A stretch of 64,000 bases of DNA. Source: an uncultured Gemmatimonadaceae bacterium (lineage in GTDB: Bacteria; Gemmatimonadota; Gemmatimonadetes; Gemmatimonadales; Gemmatimonadaceae). The stretch lies in contig CAWJMB010000002.1 in assembly GCA_963843845.1 (NCBI GenBank), forward strand, positions 3,008,001 through 3,072,000, in the 5' to 3' direction. Of the stretch, positions 21,025 to 31,550 are shown piece after piece. The notes under the pieces are model-generated. The model was not told where the DNA came from, did no database searches, and was given only the letters and a program-made list of their open reading frames with translations. The position numbers were made by a program, and so were the translations under genes. Each line of letters starts with the position of its first letter. Position 1 is the first letter of the stretch.

Positions 21025-21822
21025 TCAGCCCGCCGCGTTCGGCAGCGCCGCGAGCGCCTCGCGCGCCAGCCGCACGCGTCGGAAATGCACCGTCATGACC
21101 GGCCCCGTCAGCGCGTACGAGATGCCGCCGACCATCCCCCCGAACGCCGCCGGGACGCCCGCGCCGTAGACGAGCCCGAGTGTGATCGCCGCCGAGAACA
21201 GGCCGACGCCGGCGCTCAACAGGTGCTGGCGAACCGCGGCGCGCGTCTCCAGCGCCTCCACGGCATCGAGATCGAGCGACCCCGCGCACCGCAGCGCGTG
21301 GCGATGCAGCAGCGCGAACACGACGAACACCGCGACATACCCGGCCGCGAACACGACCATGACGGCCGGCCACTGCGCCGGCCGCAGCGCGCGGCTCGCC
21401 CCCTCCGCCTGTCGCACGATCGCCTCGACGCCGAGCCAGCGACCGAGCACGCCGAGCCAGAGCGCGATGAACGTGTTGAACAGGAACATGAGCGGGTAGA
21501 CGTAGAACACGACGACGAGCAGCAGCACGACGTTGAGCGTGATCGTGCGGCCGTCCTCGAGCCCGTAGCGGCGGAAGAACTTGTACTGCGCGCTCCACAC
21601 GACGTAGAGCATCCAGAAGGTCGCCGCGAACGCCGGGAAGCTGACGAGCATCTGCTCCAGGTCGGTGTACGTGCGGGGCACGCCCAACGACCCGACGAGC
21701 AGCGCGAGCGCGAAGCCGAACACGGCGTCGCTCAACCCTTCGATGCGCGACACGCCGTCGCCGCGCCACCGGAAGTGGCCGTCGCGCTCCGGGTGCGCCT
21801 TCAGGAGCTGCTCGCGAATCAT
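21025..21822 (-). CDS. TMEM175 (DUF1211) family potassium channel-like protein
   Basis: SRIEGLSDAVFGFALALLV, W..QYKFFRRY.LED, LNVVLLLVVVF; about 6 TM helices. Confidence 0.85.
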   Translation of the reverse strand: MIREQLLKAHPERDGHFRWRGDGVSRIEGLSDAVFGFALALLVGSLGVPRTYTDLEQMLVSFPAFAATFWMLYVVWSAQYKFFRRYGLEDGRTITLNVVLLLVVVFYVYPLMFLFNTFIALWLGVLGRWLGVEAIVRQAEGASRALRPAQWPAVMVVFAAGYVAVFVVFALLHRHALRCAGSLDLDAVEALETRAAVRQHLLSAGVGLFSAAITLGLVYGAGVPAAFGGMVGGISYALTGPVMTVHFRRVRLAREALAALPNAAG

Positions 21823-21860
21823 CCGCCCAGTTCGTATCGTCGTGCGATTATGACGGCGTC

Positions 21861-22607
21861 ATGACTATCCCAGCGTCCCGCCGCGGACGCACCGACTACG
21901 GCCTCGACGCGCCGGGGCTGGTGCGCGGCTTTCTGTTGGGCGGCACCGCGGCCGTCGTCGCGAGCGTCGTCCTCCCCCACGTGCTGCCGCCGGCGTGGCT
22001 CGGCAACGCGCGGTGGGCGCTCGGCACGTTTCGCTGGGGGGGCGGGGCGTACGTGCTCACGGGGCTCATGATGGTCCTCAGCAGCCGCGTGGGCAAGCCA
22101 CGCGCGCGCGACCGCTTGCTCGATCTGCTGACGTTCGCGCCCGACGCGCGCGTGCTCGACGTCGGCTGCGGGCGCGGATTGCTCCTCGTCGGTGCGGCGC
22201 GTCGGCTGCCGCAGGGGAGGGCCGTCGGCATCGACCTGTGGTCGCAGGCCGACCAGAGCGCGAACTCGCGCGCCGCGACGCTCGCGAACGCCGCGGCCGA
22301 GGGGGTCGCGGACCGCGTCGAGGTGCACGACGGCGACATGACGATGCTGCCGTTCGACGACGACACGTTCGACGTCGTCGTCTCGAGCCTCGCGATCCAC
22401 AACGTCGCCGACCGTCGCGGCCGGCGCGAGGCGATGCGTGAGATCGTGCGCGTGCTCCGTCCGGGCGGTCAGATCGCGATCGTGGACATCGCCTACGTCG
22501 CCGACGACGCGGCCGATCTCCGCGACGCCGGCCTCTCACGCGTCGACGTGCTCGGCTTCGCGCGCTGGATCTTTCCGCCTGCGCGGATGCTCGTCGCGAG
22601 GAAGTGA
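21861..22607 (+). CDS. Class I SAM-dependent methyltransferase with N-terminal TM segments
   Basis: YGLDAP, VLDVGCGRG, GIDLWS..DQS.N, GDMTMLPFDDDTFDVVVSSLAIHNV, RVLRPGG. Confidence 0.92.
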   Translation: MTIPASRRGRTDYGLDAPGLVRGFLLGGTAAVVASVVLPHVLPPAWLGNARWALGTFRWGGGAYVLTGLMMVLSSRVGKPRARDRLLDLLTFAPDARVLDVGCGRGLLLVGAARRLPQGRAVGIDLWSQADQSANSRAATLANAAAEGVADRVEVHDGDMTMLPFDDDTFDVVVSSLAIHNVADRRGRREAMREIVRVLRPGGQIAIVDIAYVADDAADLRDAGLSRVDVLGFARWIFPPARMLVARK

Positions 22608-22644
22608 ACGACGCTCGCGGGGATGCCCCGGTTGGGGTGGGCCG

Positions 22645-23907
22645 CTACAGGCGATCGATCTTCCCGAGGAAGAGGATCGCGCCCGTGAGTCGCTCGCGGA
22701 TCGCGAACACGAACGGGCGGTCGACGCGCACCTCGGGGATCACGGGCGCCGACGTCAGGCTGATGCCCACGCTCGTCACCGCGGCGGCTTCCGTGCCCTC
22801 CTCGGTCACGTCGACGTACGCGTCCTGCTTCACGAAGTCGATGAGGACGCCGCCGCCCCGCACCATCTTCGAGAAGTCGGCCGCGTCGGTGAACGCCACC
22901 CCCATGCCCAACGTCGTGAGCACGTCCTTCCACTGGTCCGAGTAGGAGAAGGTGAAGCGCGGCAGCGACAGCTGCACCTGCCCCTCGCGCAGCGCGGCGA
23001 CGAGACGCGTCCACCCGGCGCCGTCGAGCGATGCGGAGAGCGCGTCGGCGCTCCGGCCGGCGTCGGGGAGCAGTACCGTCATCGAGAACGCGCCGTTGCC
23101 GTACGGCAGGTCGACCGCCTGATAGCCGTCGAGGCGCGCGTACCCCATCGCGCCGGTGCGCTGCATGAGCGGCACCGACGCGCTCCGCCCGTCGGACGCC
23201 GTGAACGGCTGCGCCTGCGTGCGCGCCGCGTCGAACCTGTCGCGCCACGCCCCCTTGAAGTAGAGCGCGTTCAGCAGGAACATCACCTGGTCGCGCGCGA
23301 CCGTGTCGAGCACCTTCGTGATCTTGCCGTTCGTCTGCGTCGCCGCCCAACCATTGATCTGCGACACCGTCCCGGCGGCGTCGTCGAAGTTCGCGGCACC
23401 GATCCGCGCGTCGAACAGTCGCTGTGTCGCGTCCACGAACGACGGCTGCACGGCGAGCGTGTTCCGGTACCAGATCGCGTTCGCGCTCTTCAGCGTCACC
23501 GAGCGGTCGAGCGTCAGCAGCAACGCGTAGAGCGTGCGGAGCGACTCGCCCATCGACTCTGCCGTCGAGGTGGGGAAGCCCAACGTCGTGCGCATCGCGA
23601 CGTCCGTCGCGCCGTCGGCGCCCTGCGCCGTCATGGCGAGCGCGACCGACGCACTGAGCGGTGAGATGAACACGTTCTGTCCGGCCTTCCGCGCGTTCAC
23701 CGCGCGGAGCAGCGCGAAGCTGAAGTCGCCGCTCGCCGCCACGGCGGCGCGCTCGCCGGCCGTCAGCGCGCGCGGCAGCGACTCGAGACGCGACGGCTGC
23801 GTGCCGCCGTCTGGCGGATCGTCCGAGGTCGGGGGTGAGTCGCACGACGCGGCGAACGCCACGGCCACCGGCACGAGCACGGGTACGAACCGACGCACCA
23901 ACGACAT
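22645..23907 (-). CDS. Serpin family lipoprotein
   Basis: Lipobox FAASC; NVFISPLS, INGWA..TNGKI, NALYFKGAW, LPRF, EEGTEAAAVT hinge, DRPFVFAIRE..TGAILFLG. Confidence 0.95.
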   Translation of the reverse strand: MSLVRRFVPVLVPVAVAFAASCDSPPTSDDPPDGGTQPSRLESLPRALTAGERAAVAASGDFSFALLRAVNARKAGQNVFISPLSASVALAMTAQGADGATDVAMRTTLGFPTSTAESMGESLRTLYALLLTLDRSVTLKSANAIWYRNTLAVQPSFVDATQRLFDARIGAANFDDAAGTVSQINGWAATQTNGKITKVLDTVARDQVMFLLNALYFKGAWRDRFDAARTQAQPFTASDGRSASVPLMQRTGAMGYARLDGYQAVDLPYGNGAFSMTVLLPDAGRSADALSASLDGAGWTRLVAALREGQVQLSLPRFTFSYSDQWKDVLTTLGMGVAFTDAADFSKMVRGGGVLIDFVKQDAYVDVTEEGTEAAAVTSVGISLTSAPVIPEVRVDRPFVFAIRERLTGAILFLGKIDRL

Positions 23908-24024
23908 GATTCCCTCCAGTCGGCGAAACGACACGAGAGGGGCTCGTTCCCCGAGCGCCCTCTCGTGACTACCCGCCTCTCCGCGGTCCGGTCACCGGAT
24001 CACTCCCCTCGCCTCCCCTCCCCC

Positions 24025-24684
24025 TCACCGCGCCATCGCGACCTGCATCGCCGCCAGGCCGCTCGGCGGCTCGCGCGTGACGCCGTCGGTCATCCAGCAC
24101 CCCCTGTACGCCCCGTCGCCCTGCAACGACAGCGTGAACAGGTAGGCGACGCGCTGCCCCGCCGCCGTCGTCACGACGACGCGCATCGTCGCCCGGTCGC
24201 CGATCACGCGCGCGACGCCGCGCGCCGCGCCACGGTTGTTCAGGAGCGGGCTGTACGTCTTCTCGTGCACGAGCGAGGCGAACCGCTCGACCGGCCCGAC
24301 GAACGCACGGTTCGCCGGCGACGAGAACGCGAACGTCACCGAGACGCCGTAGTCCTTCACCGGCCGATCGTTGCGGCCGAGCGCCGCGACGACGATCGCG
24401 ACCACGTCGTCGGGAGAGAGGTGCGGGCTCGGACGGGCATCGAGGTCGGTCGCGACGTCCTCGGCCGTCGCGTCGATCGTCGCGCGCGCTACCGAGCGAC
24501 TGGACAGGTCGCTCGACTGCGCCGCGACGGCGCGCGACGCGGTGAGCAGCATCGCCAACAGCGCGAGCAGCGCCGCCGTCGCACCGACCGCGGCGCGACG
24601 CGCGATGTCGGTCTCGGGGACTCGCGCGGCGGCGACGCGCGTGGGGCGACGGGTACGGCGGAGCGTCTGCTGGCTGCGCGGCAT
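24025..24684 (-). CDS. DUF4864-like secreted protein
   Basis: LSPDDVVAIVVAAL..ND...FAFSSPANR...GPVERFA..V...Y.PL...WMTDGV. Confidence 0.7.
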   Translation of the reverse strand: MPRSQQTLRRTRRPTRVAAARVPETDIARRAAVGATAALLALLAMLLTASRAVAAQSSDLSSRSVARATIDATAEDVATDLDARPSPHLSPDDVVAIVVAALGRNDRPVKDYGVSVTFAFSSPANRAFVGPVERFASLVHEKTYSPLLNNRGAARGVARVIGDRATMRVVVTTAAGQRVAYLFTLSLQGDGAYRGCWMTDGVTREPPSGLAAMQVAMAR

Positions 24685-24762
24685 GGGACCTCGGCGTCGG
24701 GGAACGACCGCGCTTCTTTCATGGAGCGGGCCACGACATCGAGCGAGAGGCGAACGGCGCGC

Positions 24763-25728
24763 TCAGCGCGCGCCCCACTCCAGCGTCCACCGCCGCGTCT
24801 CACCCGCGTCGAGCCACGCCGCGCTCCGCCACGCGCCGAGCGCCGCGTCGAGCGCGTCGGGCGCGCCGATGCACGGCTCGAACGCGAGGTTGCGATAGGG
24901 CGCGCCGCCGTCGAACGGGGTCCAGCCACGATCGTTGATCCAGAGACCGAACTGCGGCACCTCGCGCACGTCGACCGAGACGGCGAGGCGAACACCGCCC
25001 TGCGTGATCCCCAACGCGAGGCGCTCGTCGGACGCCGGCAGGTCGAGGAACAGCTTGCACGCCCACCCGCCGCCGCGCACGGACCCGGGGCGCGAGAAGT
25101 CGGTCGGCTCGCCGGACGCGCGGAGCATCGGCCAGACGTGCTCCGCCCCCTCGCCGCCGAGGTCGATGCCGTGCTGCGCCCACACGCGCACACGCGCGCC
25201 GGCCGGCAGGTCGAGCGTGGTGTCGTCGGCGAGCGGAAGGAGCGGGTGCGCGGACCAGAGGAAGGGCATCGGCACGCCGCCGCGATTCGTCATCGCGTAG
25301 TCCATGTACACCGTCCCCGACTCGCTGACCCGCACCGTGCGCGCGACGTCGTACGGCAGGCGACGCCCCGTCCAGCGCGTGATGGCCGCGAACCCGCTCG
25401 CGTCGTCGCCGAGCCGGTCGGTCGTCGCGAACTGCGACCAGAGTTCGCCGTGGTCGGGGAGTGCGACGCCGCCGTACACCGCGACGTCGTCCGGGAGTCG
25501 GCAGACGCCGACGGTGGGCACGCACTCGTCGTAGCCGCCGGTGTCCGCCGTCCGCACGTACGACGCGGCGTCGTCCGTCGCGACGGACTCGTCTGGGGCG
25601 ACGCGCGGGAGCACGTCGCTCGTCCACAGCCACTCGCGCCCGGCGACGTGCAGCGACGCGATCTTGCCGCCGAGCGCGGGGACGATGTCGACGCGCGAGC
25701 CGCCGCACGCGAGCGTGACCGTCTCCAT
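24763..25728 (-). CDS. Aldose 1-epimerase / galactose mutarotase-like protein
   Basis: PALGGKIASL..GREWLW, GGYDECVPTV, PDHGELW, FLWSAHPL, GLWIN.RGW, LAFEPCIG. Confidence 0.8.
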   Translation of the reverse strand: METVTLACGGSRVDIVPALGGKIASLHVAGREWLWTSDVLPRVAPDESVATDDAASYVRTADTGGYDECVPTVGVCRLPDDVAVYGGVALPDHGELWSQFATTDRLGDDASGFAAITRWTGRRLPYDVARTVRVSESGTVYMDYAMTNRGGVPMPFLWSAHPLLPLADDTTLDLPAGARVRVWAQHGIDLGGEGAEHVWPMLRASGEPTDFSRPGSVRGGGWACKLFLDLPASDERLALGITQGGVRLAVSVDVREVPQFGLWINDRGWTPFDGGAPYRNLAFEPCIGAPDALDAALGAWRSAAWLDAGETRRWTLEWGAR

Positions 25729-25731
25729 GCG

Positions 25732-26969
25732 TCAGGCGCCCGCGGCGTCCGGGACCTCGACGCCGCGGGTCGCGAACACGCGCGCGACCGTCTCGCCGAT
25801 CTTGTTGTTCGGCGTGCTCGCCCCCGCCGTCAGCCCGACGCGCACGTCGCCGGCGGGGAGCCACGCCGCGGCTTCCTGCTCGGCCGCGTGCGCCCCGATC
25901 GGGCGGTAGCGCACCGTGCCGCGCGCGGGGTCGATCCCGGACGCGTCCTCGACGTGGTACGTCGGCACGTGCTCGCCGCACAGCGCGGCGAGCGAGATCG
26001 TATTGCTCGAGTTGTAGCCGCCGACGACGAGCATGACGTCGAGCGGCTCGCGCAGCAGCTCTTTCACCGCGTCCTGCCGGTCCTGCGTCGCCGAGCAGAT
26101 CGTGTCGAACGAGCGGAAGTTCGCGGCGCGGTACGGAGCGCCGTGCGCACGCTCCATGGCCGCGCCGACCTCCGCCGCGATCGCGAGCGACTCGCTCGCC
26201 AGCATGGTCGTCTGGTTCGCCACGCCGACGCGCCGCAGATGCACGTCGGGGTCGAAGCCGGCCGAGACCGCCCTCGCGAACCTCGCGAGGAACGCCTCGC
26301 GGCGCCGCCCCGCGCTCGTCACGGGTCGCCGCGCCCTTCGACGTAGTCGCAGACCATCCGCGCCTCGGCCATGTCGCGCACGACGAGGTAGTGTCCGTCG
26401 CCGTGCTTCAGCGCCTGCGACGCGGTCGCCCGCGTCTCCTCGTGGTAGTACTTGCCGTGGATGAGCGCCGTGAGCCCGTCGCGCGCGTACGACTCGACGC
26501 GCTTCCACACGTTCAGCACCGAGCCGCACGTCGTGTCGACGAGCACGCAGCCGATCGCGCGCAGTCGCTCGAAGTCGGCGATCGTGACGCCGAACGCCGG
26601 GATGATGACGACGTCCTCCGCGGAGACCTGCGAGAAGTCGAAGCCGTCCGCTCCGGCGACGAGCGTCTCGACGCCCATGTCGCGCAGCTTCGCGTTGACG
26701 TGCGGGTTGTGGATGATCTCGCCGAGCAGCACGACGCGCCGGTCGGGGAACTTGCGCCGCGTCTGATACGCGTAGTCGACCGCGCGCTCGACGCCGTAGC
26801 AGAAGCCGAACTCGTGGGCGAGCCGGACGGTGATCCCGCCGGCGCTCAGCGTGTACCCGTTCTCGCGCAGCCGGTCGACGAGCCGCGCGCTGTAGTCGCT
26901 GGCGAGCAGCGTCTCGACTTCCGCCTTGAGGCCGAACCCTTTGCGGAAGTACGTGGATTCCGTTGCCAT
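25732..26969 (-). CDS. ispH: 4-hydroxy-3-methylbut-2-enyl diphosphate reductase (frameshift near 26320)
   Basis: FGFCYGVERA, EIIHNPHV, PAFGV, DTTCG, H.ETRAT, NQTT, DTICSATQDRQ, VGGYNSSNT, TAGASTP. Confidence 0.95.
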
Positions 26970-26988
26970 GCCTGGAATCTAGACCATT

Positions 26989-27422
26989 CTACCCCGTCGT
27001 GAGTGCCGCGACGATACCGGCCGGCACCTCGCGCGCCTGCATCGTCGTCGCGTCGACGGCGACGAGCACGACGTGCCCCTCGACGTGGCGCGCCGCGGTC
27101 GCGTCGTCGACGATCTGGTAGTGCAGCGTGAGCGACGTGCGCCCCACGCGTCCGACCCACACGCGGATTCGGAGCAGGGCGTCGAAGCGCGACGGCGCGA
27201 CGTACTCGAGGTGCAGCACGCGCCGCACGAGCCACACGTGGTACTCGTCCGCCGTGCGCGGGTGCTGCAGGCCGACCGACCGCAGCAGCTCGGTCTCGCC
27301 GACGTCGAGCAGACGCGTGTACGCGCTGTAGCGCGTGATGCCGACGAGATCGACGTCTTCCCAGCGCACGCGCTCGGCGACTTCGAACGCCGTGGCGGGG
27401 GGCGAGCGGGGGGCGTGGTCAT
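26989..27422 (-). CDS. 4HBT/YbgC-like acyl-CoA thioesterase (frameshift in a G/C run near the start)
   Basis: RVRWEDVDLVGI..Y..Y..LLDVGETELLR...LEYVAPSRFD.L...VGRTSL. Confidence 0.85.
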
Positions 27423-27530
27423 GATGCGAGCGCAGGGGAGAGACGCACAACGTAACGCCCGCGTCGCACGGCTCGCGTTCGCGCCGCGTGCGGCTTGCCG
27501 CGCTCTGCACCGCGCTCCATGCTACGTCGC

Positions 27531-28238
27531 ATGCCTCTCGCCGGCACCCTCGCCCGCCCCTCCAGCGCGGACACGCCGTTCGTGTTCCTCGGCGACCGCC
27601 TCTGGCTCGACTTCGTGAACACCGACGACGCGCGTCGGGGCGACGGGCAGCGCCGCGTCGACGCGCTGCGCGACTTCGACCTGTTCGTCGAGCTGGCTGC
27701 AGGCGGCCGGCGCGCTCGACGCCGAGCGCGCGTCGGGCATCCAGCGCCGCGCCTTCCAGCAGCCCGCCGGCGCGGCCGCCGCACTCGTCGACGCGCGGCG
27801 CGTCCGCGCCGCGCTGCGCGCGCTCGCCGAGCGCGGCACCCGCCTCGGCGAAGGTGCGCGACGACGCGCTCGCCGAGATCAACCGCGTGCTCGGCCGCAG
27901 CGCCGGCACGCGCCGCGTGGAGCTGCGCGACGACGGCAGCTTCGCGCGCACGTTCGTGGCGGCGGCGACGCCTTCGCGGGCCTGCATGCATCCCGATCGT
28001 CGACTCGCGCGGCCGACGCGCTCATCGCGGGGAGCTGGCGCGCGTGCGCCGCTGCGCCGACCGCGCTGCGCGCGCGTCTTCCAGGACGACGACGAAGAAC
28101 GGGCGCCGCCGCTGGTGCGACATGGCGACCTGCGGCAACCGCGCGAAGGCGGCGCGGCACCGGCATCGGAGCTGCACGCGTCGGCGCGTGCGATCGCGCG
28201 ACGTCAGGCTGTCGCCGGCGGCAGCGCACTTGATGTAG
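27531..28238 (+). CDS. ABATE / CGNR zinc-finger protein (frameshifted; 3' end approximate)
   Basis: LGDRLWLDFVNT N-terminus; RVRRCAD...TKNGRRRWCDMATCGNRAKAARHR. Confidence 0.88.
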   Translation: MPLAGTLARPSSADTPFVFLGDRLWLDFVNTDDARRGDGQRRVDALRDFDLFVELAAGGRRARRRARVGHPAPRLPAARRRGRRTRRRAARPRRAARARRARHPPRRRCATTRSPRSTACSAAAPARAAWSCATTAASRARSWRRRRLRGPACIPIVDSRGRRAHRGELARVRRCADRAARASSRTTTKNGRRRWCDMATCGNRAKAARHRHRSCTRRRVRSRDVRLSPAAAHLM

Positions 28239-28815
28239 CCCATCTCCGACGGCGTACCGCGGAGCTTGCGCTGCAGGATGCGGCGGCCGCGGAACAGCCG
28301 CGACTTCACCGTCCCCTCCGGGACACGCAGCATCTGCGGCGATCTCCGCGTAGCGCAGCCCCTCGATGTCGCTGAGGACGACGGCCGTGCGGTACTCGGC
28401 CGGCAGCGCGTCGATCGCGCGCACGATCTCCTCGTCGAGGAACGAGTCGTAGAAGCGCCCCTCGGGGTCCGCCTCGCCGACCGGATCGTACGTGACCGCC
28501 GCCTCGCCGTCGTCCGTCGGCTGCACCTCGCGCGCGTCGATGCGCCGCTTCCGGCTCACGAACACGTGGTAGAGGATCGTGAACAGCCACGCGCGGATGT
28601 TCGTGCCGAGCCGGTACTGCTCCCACCGCTCGAACGCGCGCAGCATCGTGTCCGAGACCAGGTCCTCCGCGTCGTCGCGCACGCGCGCAGAGCTTCAGCG
28701 CGAAGCTGTAGAGCGCGTCGAGCTGCTCGAGCGCCTCGCGCTCGAACTGGGCTCGTCCGCTGCGCGCGTCGCGCCGTCCTGCATGAACGCGTCGGTCGTC
28801 ACTCCGTCGACTCAT
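28204..28815 (-). CDS. ECF sigma-70 factor, SigH/SigR-like (frameshifted; ends approximate)
   Basis: FEREALEQLDALYSFAL, DAEDLVSDTMLRAF, GTNIRAWLFTIL, AIDALP.EYR.AVVLSDIEGL.Y.EIA, GTVKSRLFRGRR.LQ. Confidence 0.88.
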
Positions 28816-28879
28816 CGACTCTCTGCGCACCCTCCCGCCCGCCTCCGTCCCGCCGCCGTCGCCGCACGCACCCCAGCGC

Positions 28880-29500
28880 TCGCGCTCGACCGCTACGACG
28901 TCAGCACCGTCGCGCAGATGCGACGCGACGAACCGCTTCAGATCCTCCCCGATGCCACGCAGCGCCGCGCACGTCGCGACTCACCCGCGACACGAGCAGC
29001 GCCCCCTCCAGCGTCGGCGACGACGAACCGCGCGAGCCGCGTCGGCGTCGGCGTCCCGTCCGCGCAGCCGGTCACGCGCCTCCCAGAGCAGCGACTGGAT
29101 CTGTGTCGTCCACCGCTCGAACACCTCGTCGATCCGCCGGCGAAACCCCTCGTGCGCGTCGGCCATCTCCGCGGCGAGCGACCCGAACGGCGACCCTTCG
29201 CGACAGCCGCGCGCGGCTTGCAGCGCGATGAGCGTGTCGATGAACAGCCCGAGCCGCTCGAGCGGATCGATCATCGGCTCGCGCAGGATCGCGAGCCCGC
29301 GCTCGGCGAACCGCTCGAACTGCCGTTCGAGCACGTCGTAGCCGAGTGCTTCCTTCGACTCGAAGTAGTGGTAGAAGTGGCTCTTCCCGCTGAGCCCCGC
29401 CGCCTTGATCACGTCCTCGACCGACGTGTGCGTGTAGCCGCGCTCGCGCGATGAGCCGCGCGGCGGCGTCCACGATCTGCATTCGGCGGTCGGTATGCAC
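28880..29500 (-). CDS. TetR/AcrR (NemR/LmrA-like) transcriptional regulator (frameshifted; 3' end approximate)
   Basis: RMQIVDAAARL..ERGYTHTSVEDVIKAAGLSGKSHFYHYFESKEALG...DPLERL...GSPFGSLAAEMAD...LEGALL. Confidence 0.88.
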
Positions 29501-29510
29501 CCCTCCACGG

Positions 29511-29528
29511 TAGGACCACGCGGTCCTA
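29511..29528. promoter_or_regulatory. Palindromic TetR-type operator TAGGACC-N4-GGTCCTA
   Basis: Perfect 7-bp inverted repeat 10 bp upstream of the tetR start, in the tetR/GNAT divergent gap. Resembles the NemR box TAGACC-N4-GGTCTA. Confidence 0.7.
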
Positions 29529-29556
29529 TCGTCAATCCGTGAACTTCCTGAGGGGC

Positions 29557-30087
29557 ATGCCCGACCCGACCGCTCCGCTCACGGCGCGTCGCACGTACCT
29601 CGAGCTGCGCTCGCCGGAGGCGCACCGCGGGAACCGTGGACGGCGACCGACGTCCACGTCGAGCGCCGCACGCCATGCTCGGTCGCCGAGTACGCGCGCG
29701 CTGTACCGGCTGGTCGGCGAACCGTACCAGTGGCACGACCGGAACGCCTGGTCCGACGAACGGCTCGCGGCTCATCTCGCGCGCCCCGACGTCGGCGTGT
29801 GGACCGTGCGCGACGACGGCGGACGCCCGGGCGGCTACTTCGAGCTCGCCCGGCACGACGACGGCGCGGTGGAGATCGTGTACTTCGGCCTCGTCGATCG
29901 ATTGCACGGCCGGCGGCTCGGCGCGCAGCTGCTGACGGCGGCGGTCGACGAAGCCTGGGCGATGGGGGCGGCGCGAGTCGTGCTCAACACCTGCACACTC
30001 GACGGGCCGGCCGCGCTCCCGAATTACCTCGCGCGCGGCTTCCGCGTGGTTCGCGAGGAGACGTACGTCGTGTCACCACCGCGATAG
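29557..30087 (+). CDS. GNAT family N-acetyltransferase
   Basis: TYLELRS, LYRLVGEPYQWHDR, GYFEL, EIVYFGL...GRRLGAQLL, LNTCTLDGPAALPNYLARGF. Confidence 0.9.
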   Translation: MPDPTAPLTARRTYLELRSPEAHRGNRGRRPTSTSSAARHARSPSTRALYRLVGEPYQWHDRNAWSDERLAAHLARPDVGVWTVRDDGGRPGGYFELARHDDGAVEIVYFGLVDRLHGRRLGAQLLTAAVDEAWAMGAARVVLNTCTLDGPAALPNYLARGFRVVREETYVVSPPR

Positions 30088-30093
30088 ACCCTC

Positions 30094-31418
30094 ATGACCT
30101 ACTGGCTGCTCGTCGGGCTGTTCGCGCTCGGCGTCTGCGTCGTGCTGTTGTTCGCGACGATCGGCGTGTTGTACGTCACGCGCGGCACCATCGTGCGCCG
30201 CGTCCGCGCGCCGGGCGACGCGGAAGGGCCGCCCGAAGTGCGCGACCCACAGTTCCAGGCCACGGTCGCGCTGCTCACGAAGACCGACCTGCACGACAGC
30301 CACAGCGTCGAGGTCATGACGTGCGGCGACGAGCTCTACCCGTGCCTGTGGGACGATCTGCGCGCCGCGCGCCGCTCGATCACGCTGCAGCTCTACTACT
30401 GTCAGCCCGGCCGCATGGCCGACGAGCTGGCGGACATCGTCATCGAGCGCGCACGGGCCGGCGTGCACGTGCTCTTTCTGCGCGACGCGTTCGGCAGCGC
30501 CAAGCTCACGCGCGAGTATCTCGAGCGGCTCGAGGCGGGCGGCGTGCGCATGGCCGTGTTCCGCCCGACGCGCCCATGGGAGCTGCACAAGGTGCAGCAC
30601 CGCTCCCACATCCGCGTCGTCGTCGTCGACGGCCGCATCGGGTACACGGGCGGCTTCGGGTTCGACGACAAGTGGTTCGGTGACGGTCGCCACGCTCACC
30701 AGTGGCGCGACACGACCGTGCGCTTCACGGGCCCCTCCGTGAACCAGCTCCAGGCGACCTTCGCGGCCGGCTGGGCGGAGGCGACCGGGGTGCTGCTCAC
30801 CGGCGACCACTTCTTCGCGATCGACGACGACGGCGAGTCACCGGCCGCGCGCCACGGCGACGACGTCTGCGCCGGGCTGCTCCACTGCTCGCCGACGTTG
30901 GGCAGCACGCCGGCCGAGCGCTTCATGGCGCTGTCGATCTCGGGCGCCCGGCATCGGCTGTGGATCTCGAACTCGTACTTCGTGCCGGACGACCACTTCT
31001 GCGAGATGCTCGCGCTCGCGGTGAAGCGCGGCGTCGACGTCCGGGTGCTCGCACCGAACCGCGAGCACGGCGACGTGAGTGTCGACCTACCACGCCGGTC
31101 GCCACCAGTACGGCCGCGCTGCTCCGCGCCGGCGTTCGCATCTGGGAATACTCGGCGGCGATGATGCACGCGAAGACGCTCGTCGTCGACGGCGTGTGGA
31201 CCTCGATCGGCACGAACAACTTCGACAACCGCTCGATGGCGTTCAACGACGAGACGGTGTTCATGACGCACGACGAGGCGGTGGCCGCGCGCATGGAGGC
31301 GGTCTTCGAGGCCGATCTCCGGTACGCGACCGAGATCACGCGCGACGCGTACGAGCGGCGGCCGTGGCGCGACCGGCTGTACGAGCGCGCGGCGTCGACG
31401 GTGTCGCGCGTTCTCTGA
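30094..31418 (+). CDS. cls: Cardiolipin synthase / PLD-family protein (frameshift near 31070-31120)
   Basis: N-terminal TM, DAFGS, RSHIRVVVVDGRIGYTGG, WRDT, YFVPD, MHAKTLVVDG...GTNNFDNRS..FNDE. Confidence 0.88.
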
Positions 31419-31550
31419 CCCAGTTCGCGGTGCGCACAAAGAATCTCTTGCGGAGTCTGCTCTTCACTCCTATCTAGGGGGCAAGTCCGCAGTACTACGC
31501 AGCAGGCGCACACCCACCTGCATTACCGCACTCTGGAGCGGAGTGTCACC

